Source: an uncultured virus (IMG/VR IMGVR_UViG_3300020204_003072) | Taxonomy: Duplodnaviria; Heunggongvirae; Uroviricota; Caudoviricetes | Direction: 5' to 3' (one strand) | Virus record (IMG/VR): IMGVR_UViG_3300020204_003072 | Coordinates: 107,689-127,688 of that record | DNA: 20,000 nucleotides | In this document: positions 15,168-20,000 of the stretch, in pieces | Numbering within the stretch: the stretch's first letter is position 1 | Layout of the letters: the number at the start of each line of letters is the position of its first letter | Position numbers and translations under genes: made by a program | The notes under the pieces: generated by a model | Told to the model about the DNA's origin: nothing | Database searches by the model: none | What the model saw: only the letters and a program-made list of their open reading frames with translations

Positions 15168-17261
15168 TTATTTTAGTATCCTTCTGATGTCAAACTTAAA
15201 TCTTTCATTTCTTGAAAGGTTCCTAATAATGTCTTGTGGAATATTATCACCTAATTTACCAACACCATATCTTTGACCTAAACTATTGAATATATCTAAA
15301 ACTTCTTTTGTTTTTTCATCACCCAATAAAAATTCTGAATATTCCTGTGTTGATATTTCTGGAAACTTAATTACACCTCTTTGCGGTGATACTTCAGAAC
15401 CTATTAATTTTAATATCTTTGTTGAAAATCTAATTTGTTGTGAATTTTTAGACTTTGGAGCTGTGGTCATACCAGGTAATTTAAGAATGTTTTTAAGAGC
15501 ATTCTTATCATAATAATATAATGATATTTCATAATTGTCTTTTGGAACACCTAATAACATACCATCAATATCACTTAATAAATAACCTATTAAATCTTCA
15601 GCAACATTAATAATATCTTGGTTTCGACTATTAATTAAATGTGCAATAAAATTAGATTCACCTTCAATTGATTGTAAATATTTTTTATTTTCTTCACTAC
15701 CGGTATATGAATTAATATAATCAGAAAGTGATGCTTTGATTCCTTTCAAAACGGGTGATTCACTTGTGTTTCTTACAATCTTACAAGAAATTTTTAACCC
15801 ATCTGGTGTTATTAAATCATAAGGGGTGTTTAACCCAGATGAAATTTGACCACCAAGTAAACCAGAAACTAAAGCTTCAAAATCTAAACCTCTTGACCTA
15901 CTTCTAATAAATCTTTGATAATAGTTATTAAATCTAAATCTTGTTCTTTCTGAAGTTTCAGATAAATCTAAATTCATAAGACCTTCGATTGTTCTATTAA
16001 ATTTTAAACCACGTTCATCAATTTCAGTTGTTATAATATTATTTATTGCAACTTCAGCAGCTTCAGCATCCAAAGGTATTAATCTAATTTTTTGTAATTC
16101 TCTATTCATAGCTTTTTTAACATCCGGCTCAAATTCTTCACTTTCCAATAGAATTCTTAAATAAGTTTCGTTTAATTTTTTCTTAGATTTACCAACATAA
16201 AGTTCATTAACAAATTCCCAATTTATATGATTCCAGAATTTTTTAATATATTTGTCTCTTTTATTTCTATATCTTAAATAATAAGCGTGCTCCCAAACAT
16301 CAAGACCTAGTAATGGATATCCACCGTCTTTAATAATATTCATAAGTGGGTTATCTTGATTTGGTGTTGACATAATTTTTAACCTATTTGTTTTTGTTAA
16401 AACAAGCCAAACCCAACCAGAACCAAATCTTTCTTTTGCAACATCATTAAACTCATCTTTCATCTTTTTGATATTACCATATTGTTTGGTAATTTTTTCA
16501 AAAATTTCACCTTTTGGTATTTGTTTTTTTGGTGATAACATTTTCCAAAATAATGCGTGATTAAATGCGCCACCAGCATTATTTCTAACCTTTGTATCGT
16601 ACTTACTTATTGATTTTATAATATCTTCTAAATCAACATCTTTATAGTTCTTTTTAGAAAGAGCGTCGTTTAATTTTTTAACATACCCTTTATAATGTTT
16701 GTTATAATGTATGTCCATAGTTTCTGGATCAACAAATTGTTTTAAAGCGGAATATGAGTACGGTAATTTTTCAATACCAATTTTTTTCATTTCCAAAATA
16801 AATTCTTCTCTAATAGTTTGTTTTTCTGTTATTAAAATACTTTCTTTTAAAAGATTTATCTTTTTATTTATACCTTCATACATCATTTCTTCTTTATCTG
16901 GAAAATTTTTTTCAAATTTTTTTAACAAAGAACCAGCTTCAGCATTTGCTTCATCTTCCAGTGGGCCACCAATGTCTTGTTTTGGTTTTTTACCCTTTAT
17001 ATTAATTTGCCATTCGTGTACCCATTCGTGTGCCAAAGTTCTGAAAATATCTCTATTCATCCTTCCTTTAGTTAATATTTTTAATTCAGAATCTTGTGTT
17101 CTACTTCCAGATGTCATAGTACCAAATCTTTCACCGGTAAAAATAATTGTAATATCTTCTTTTAATGGATATTTTTTTTGTAAAAACTTTATAAAGTCAT
17201 TAGCCAAGTCCCTATCTTTTTGAGACATATCACATTTATGGTGCTTTACTTTTATTCGCAT
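15168..17261 (-). CDS. Three-domain protein: HExxH metallopeptidase-like domain + Fe/Mn superoxide dismutase (Mn-type signature) + PD-(D/E)XK nuclease-like domain
   Basis: aa78-82 'TLAHEWVH...EDEAN'; aa about 158-356 SOD 'LPYSY.AL...ETM.IHYNKH..GYV', 'NNAGGAFNHALFW', 'FGSGWVWL', 'NQDNP', 'LDVWEHAYY'; aa about 374-697 'GLDFEAL...PYDL...ISCK'. The SOD call is strong; the flanking domain calls are weaker. Confidence 0.8.
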   Translation of the reverse strand: MRIKVKHHKCDMSQKDRDLANDFIKFLQKKYPLKEDITIIFTGERFGTMTSGSRTQDSELKILTKGRMNRDIFRTLAHEWVHEWQINIKGKKPKQDIGGPLEDEANAEAGSLLKKFEKNFPDKEEMMYEGINKKINLLKESILITEKQTIREEFILEMKKIGIEKLPYSYSALKQFVDPETMDIHYNKHYKGYVKKLNDALSKKNYKDVDLEDIIKSISKYDTKVRNNAGGAFNHALFWKMLSPKKQIPKGEIFEKITKQYGNIKKMKDEFNDVAKERFGSGWVWLVLTKTNRLKIMSTPNQDNPLMNIIKDGGYPLLGLDVWEHAYYLRYRNKRDKYIKKFWNHINWEFVNELYVGKSKKKLNETYLRILLESEEFEPDVKKAMNRELQKIRLIPLDAEAAEVAINNIITTEIDERGLKFNRTIEGLMNLDLSETSERTRFRFNNYYQRFIRSRSRGLDFEALVSGLLGGQISSGLNTPYDLITPDGLKISCKIVRNTSESPVLKGIKASLSDYINSYTGSEENKKYLQSIEGESNFIAHLINSRNQDIINVAEDLIGYLLSDIDGMLLGVPKDNYEISLYYYDKNALKNILKLPGMTTAPKSKNSQQIRFSTKILKLIGSEVSPQRGVIKFPEISTQEYSEFLLGDEKTKEVLDIFNSLGQRYGVGKLGDNIPQDIIRNLSRNERFKFDIRRILK

Positions 17262-17265
17262 ATGA

Positions 17266-17273
17266 TATAAATA
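17266..17273 (-). promoter_or_regulatory. TATTTATA motif (minus strand) upstream of the SOD fusion gene
   Basis: 4 nt upstream of ATG 17261, just downstream of the terminator. Confidence 0.45.
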
Positions 17274-17284
17274 TAATTTAAAAC

Positions 17285-17311
17285 AAAAAACCCCACTTTT
17301 AAGGTGGGGTT
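17285..17311 (-). terminator. Rho-independent terminator after the 110-aa gene
   Basis: Minus strand: aaccccac-cttaaaa-gtggggtt followed by a T-run. Confidence 0.85.
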
Positions 17312-17329
17312 ATGTGAATTAATAAATGA

Positions 17330-17662
17330 TTAATATCCTCTATATTTTTTTCTTCTACTTTCCGTAACATTTGGTAAATTCATTGATGTTGTCTGAAGTG
17401 GTGTTTTAGTTACATCTGCAATTTCTTGGAATGTTGGAAAAAACTCTTTAACAAAAGTGTTAAACGGTAGTTTATCCATAGCTGAAGATAAACAAGCCGC
17501 AGAATTAAAAGTTTCACTATTTGTACTACATTCCGGAATATCTGAAACACCCTCAATTTCTCCAAGTTTACCAACAGAACTTAAGTTCATTTCTTCTTCA
17601 TTTATAACTCGTCTGACAATACGAGCAAAATCTGAATCTGTTAATCTTATTACTTTTTTCAT
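17330..17662 (-). CDS. Small hypothetical protein with a propeptide-like N-terminus (candidate internal head protein)
   Basis: 'MKKVIRLTDSDFARIVRRVINE|E'; TATTTATT motif 13 nt upstream (17676-17683); own terminator. Confidence 0.7.
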   Translation of the reverse strand: MKKVIRLTDSDFARIVRRVINEEEMNLSSVGKLGEIEGVSDIPECSTNSETFNSAACLSSAMDKLPFNTFVKEFFPTFQEIADVTKTPLQTTSMNLPNVTESRRKKYRGY

Positions 17663-17700
17663 AATATTTTTATTTAATAAATATATAAAATAAAATGAAA

Positions 17701-20000
17701 TTATCTTTTTTTATTTATTAAATTTAAAATTTCTTCAACAACGTCACCAGATTCTTGCAGTTCATCACCCATAACGGTACCAATTACTTTTTTCTTTTTA
17801 TTTAGTATATCGTAAATCACGCCTTCGATTGTGTTTTCAAAAATTGGGTAATAAACTAACACATTATTTTTTTGACCATAACGATAAGCCCTATCTTCAG
17901 CTTGTGCGTGTTCTGCTGGAACAAAAGATAAATCATTCATAATTACAACTTCGGCCGCTGTTAGAGTAAGACCAACACCTGCTGCTTTCAAATTACCAAC
18001 AAAAACTTTAATCTTTTCATTTTCCTGAAATTGGTCAACAGCATACTGTCTTTGTACTTTATTACAACTACCATCTAGATATACCGATTCTTTACCAAAG
18101 TGATTATGAATTAGTTGTAGTGTGTCTGTAAAGTTTGTAAATATAATTAATTTTTTTCCTTGGTCTATAATGTTTTGTGCGAACTCAATTGTATCTTTTA
18201 CTTTTTCATTTGCAATTACTTTTCTTACTTTCATAAGTTTTGAAAACTGAACTGTAAGGGATGAAGATTCATCAGTTTTATTCTTTAGCCAATGATAATA
18301 CTCACCCATTAAATCTTTATATTCTTTTGATGATGTCCTTAGATAAACTGGTGTGATTATCTTTTCTGGTAAATCTAAAACATTTTCTTTTAACCTTCTT
18401 AAAATTTGTTTTGATGTTCTATTTCTTAATTCTTCTAGGTTTGACGCTCCGGTCACATTCCAAACTTTTCTATTCCCCGCTCTGAATTGAAAACCTTGAC
18501 AATAACGAATAGCATAAGCCATCCAGTTTTGTGCAACAGGACTTTCAATAATGTTTAATAAATTATAATAGTTAATTGGTCTTGATGTCATTGGTGTACC
18601 AGTTAATAACCAAACTCTTTTAATATTTTTTACAAAATCATTTATAAGTTTTGTTCTTTGGGCCTGGGCATTTGAAACCATATGAGCCTCGTCTAAAATT
18701 ACAAGTTCAAAATTTGATTGTAATAATAATGAATTTTCTTTGTCATCTTTACTATGAAAGTTTTTTAAAATATCATAATTAACAATAACAAAATCAGCTT
18801 CAGTTGAGAATTTTTTACCTTCTGCAATATAACAGGTTCTATTTGAATAATTTGCAATTTCTCTTTCCCAATTTATTTTAAGTGATGCTGGACAAACAAT
18901 CAAAATTTTCTTTGCTCCAGTTTCTAAAGCTGCAATAATTGTTGAGGTTGTATTATGGGTTACAATACAATGTTCTGTGACATATAATTTATCTGGAGAA
19001 TCAACAGAAATACAAACACTATCTTCAAAACCAACCTTTTCAATATTTTTAATATATCTACCGGTTGGGTATTTTGTTGGTTCAACATACCTTTCGGCTT
19101 TTCGTTTTAATCTAAATGGGTTCATACCCTTTGGTAATTTAATATTAACCCTATATGCTAACTTACCTTTCTTTTTTTCGCCATTATAAGTATAGGTTGG
19201 AATACGAGTTTTGACTCTAGCAATACCACCTAATGTTTGAACAATCTCAACAACATCATCACATAGTTGTTTTGATATAGTAGAAAATTCAATCCCTAAA
19301 AACTTCCCACTTCCATTAAACATACAATGTCCATCAGTATCCATTAATCCTTGTAGAATTGCTAACCTATTTTCAATTGAGGAATATTTATATATTTCTG
19401 GAATAAATTTAGTTTGAGACCGTGTATGTTCAATACCTAAATCATACAAGGAAGTACCAACATTAATACCCCCACCCCTTTGATTAATCCTTGTTTTATG
19501 TTCATTCAATGGAAATGACTCAAACATATCGTCATAATCATCTTTATGTACCGAAAATCTAATGTTTTTTTGACTAAACGAACCGTCACCTAATCCAAGA
19601 CCTAATAAATAAGAATCTATCGGAAGAATATCACCCCGTTCAAATTGAATTGGGTCAACGATTGGTATTTGCCACTTATTATTACCATTTGAGTGTTTAT
19701 AATGTGTTTCAATTTCATACTCTTTATTTTTATTGTGTCCAACCCCTTTAATTTTAATTTTGCCACCCTCATACATTTGTTTTGTTGATAAAACTAAAGA
19801 TTTTTTTAGTCTTTCGTTTTTTCTATTTTTACCATAATTGGGTGATGACACAGACCATAAATGTTCGTCACCAGCTAAAATTGAAAACCCATCATTAAAT
19901 GTGATTTTATATGTTTCCTTTATTCCTTGTGCGAATACACCAATAACATTATGGGATTTACCGTCACTACCAATAACCTTATCACCAATTTTAATGTCAC
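17701..20000 (-). CDS. SNF2/SWI2-family (HARP/SMARCAL1-like) helicase interrupted by an intein; 5' end lies beyond the window
   Basis: The frame stays open past 19851 to the window edge. Extein motifs: 'IVCPASLKINW', 'LDEAH', 'LLTGTP', 'LRRLK', 'AAGVGLTL', 'QAEDRAYRYGQ'. Confidence 0.93.
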   Translation of the reverse strand, partial: DIKIGDKVIGSDGKSHNVIGVFAQGIKETYKITFNDGFSILAGDEHLWSVSSPNYGKNRKNERLKKSLVLSTKQMYEGGKIKIKGVGHNKNKEYEIETHYKHSNGNNKWQIPIVDPIQFERGDILPIDSYLLGLGLGDGSFSQKNIRFSVHKDDYDDMFESFPLNEHKTRINQRGGGINVGTSLYDLGIEHTRSQTKFIPEIYKYSSIENRLAILQGLMDTDGHCMFNGSGKFLGIEFSTISKQLCDDVVEIVQTLGGIARVKTRIPTYTYNGEKKKGKLAYRVNIKLPKGMNPFRLKRKAERYVEPTKYPTGRYIKNIEKVGFEDSVCISVDSPDKLYVTEHCIVTHNTTSTIIAALETGAKKILIVCPASLKINWEREIANYSNRTCYIAEGKKFSTEADFVIVNYDILKNFHSKDDKENSLLLQSNFELVILDEAHMVSNAQAQRTKLINDFVKNIKRVWLLTGTPMTSRPINYYNLLNIIESPVAQNWMAYAIRYCQGFQFRAGNRKVWNVTGASNLEELRNRTSKQILRRLKENVLDLPEKIITPVYLRTSSKEYKDLMGEYYHWLKNKTDESSSLTVQFSKLMKVRKVIANEKVKDTIEFAQNIIDQGKKLIIFTNFTDTLQLIHNHFGKESVYLDGSCNKVQRQYAVDQFQENEKIKVFVGNLKAAGVGLTLTAAEVVIMNDLSFVPAEHAQAEDRAYRYGQKNNVLVYYPIFENTIEGVIYDILNKKKKVIGTVMGDELQESGDVVEEILNLINKKR
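18952..20000 (-). mobile_element. Intein with LAGLIDADG homing endonuclease, inserted in the helicase Walker A motif (N-terminus outside the window)
   Basis: Hint N-region 'DIKIGDKVIGSDG...YKITFNDG...AGDEHLW', LAGLIDADG motifs 'YLLGLGLGDG' and 'ILQGLMDTDG', C-terminal 'CISVDSPDKLY...VTHN' followed by +1 Thr (18951-18949, 'TTS'). Confidence 0.92.

Noticed and set aside
16711..17223. 170-aa + strand ORF and other short antisense or alternate-frame ORFs in the track (e.g. 161-349, 550-750, 5120-5371, 8126-8383, 9624-9872, 13045-13269, 18977-19189)
   Set aside because: They are shadows of well-supported genes, with no motifs and composition typical of reverse or shifted frames.
10709..20000. Eukaryotic giant virus (NCLDV) origin suggested by PolB, SNF2 and SOD
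   Set aside because: The T4-like neck gene, ATGA-coupled operons, sigma70-like promoter and intrinsic terminators indicate a bacteriophage.

Overview
AT-rich, gene-dense segment that reads as part of a large T4-like (jumbo) tailed phage genome in the standard genetic code. It is not an ordinary bacterial locus: it has a T4 gp13-like neck gene, a fibre gene, a family-B DNA polymerase and an intein-containing SNF2 helicase. The + strand (1-13642) carries a glycan-modification cluster, then virion/fibre genes including a 796-aa fibre with about 35 shuffled 16-aa repeats, an unannotated ATA-start ORF, a terminator and polB. The cluster comprises an Aah/TibC-like heptosyltransferase, a GT9-like enzyme, a sulfotransferase, APS kinase, an HxGH nucleotidyltransferase, a DUF2061 protein, a GT60-like GlcNAc transferase and an HtrL-like/GT-A fusion. 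The - strand (13639-20000) carries the SNF2 helicase with a class-3-type LAGLIDADG intein, a small propeptide-bearing protein, a three-domain HExxH + Mn-SOD + PD-(D/E)XK-like protein and the neck gene. Two hypotheses stand out: (i) a self-contained phage PAPS-synthesis/sulfation plus protein-glycosylation system acting on virion proteins, and (ii) a capsid-packaged, protease-processed SOD polyprotein. All assignments come from motif recognition by eye; no searches were run.
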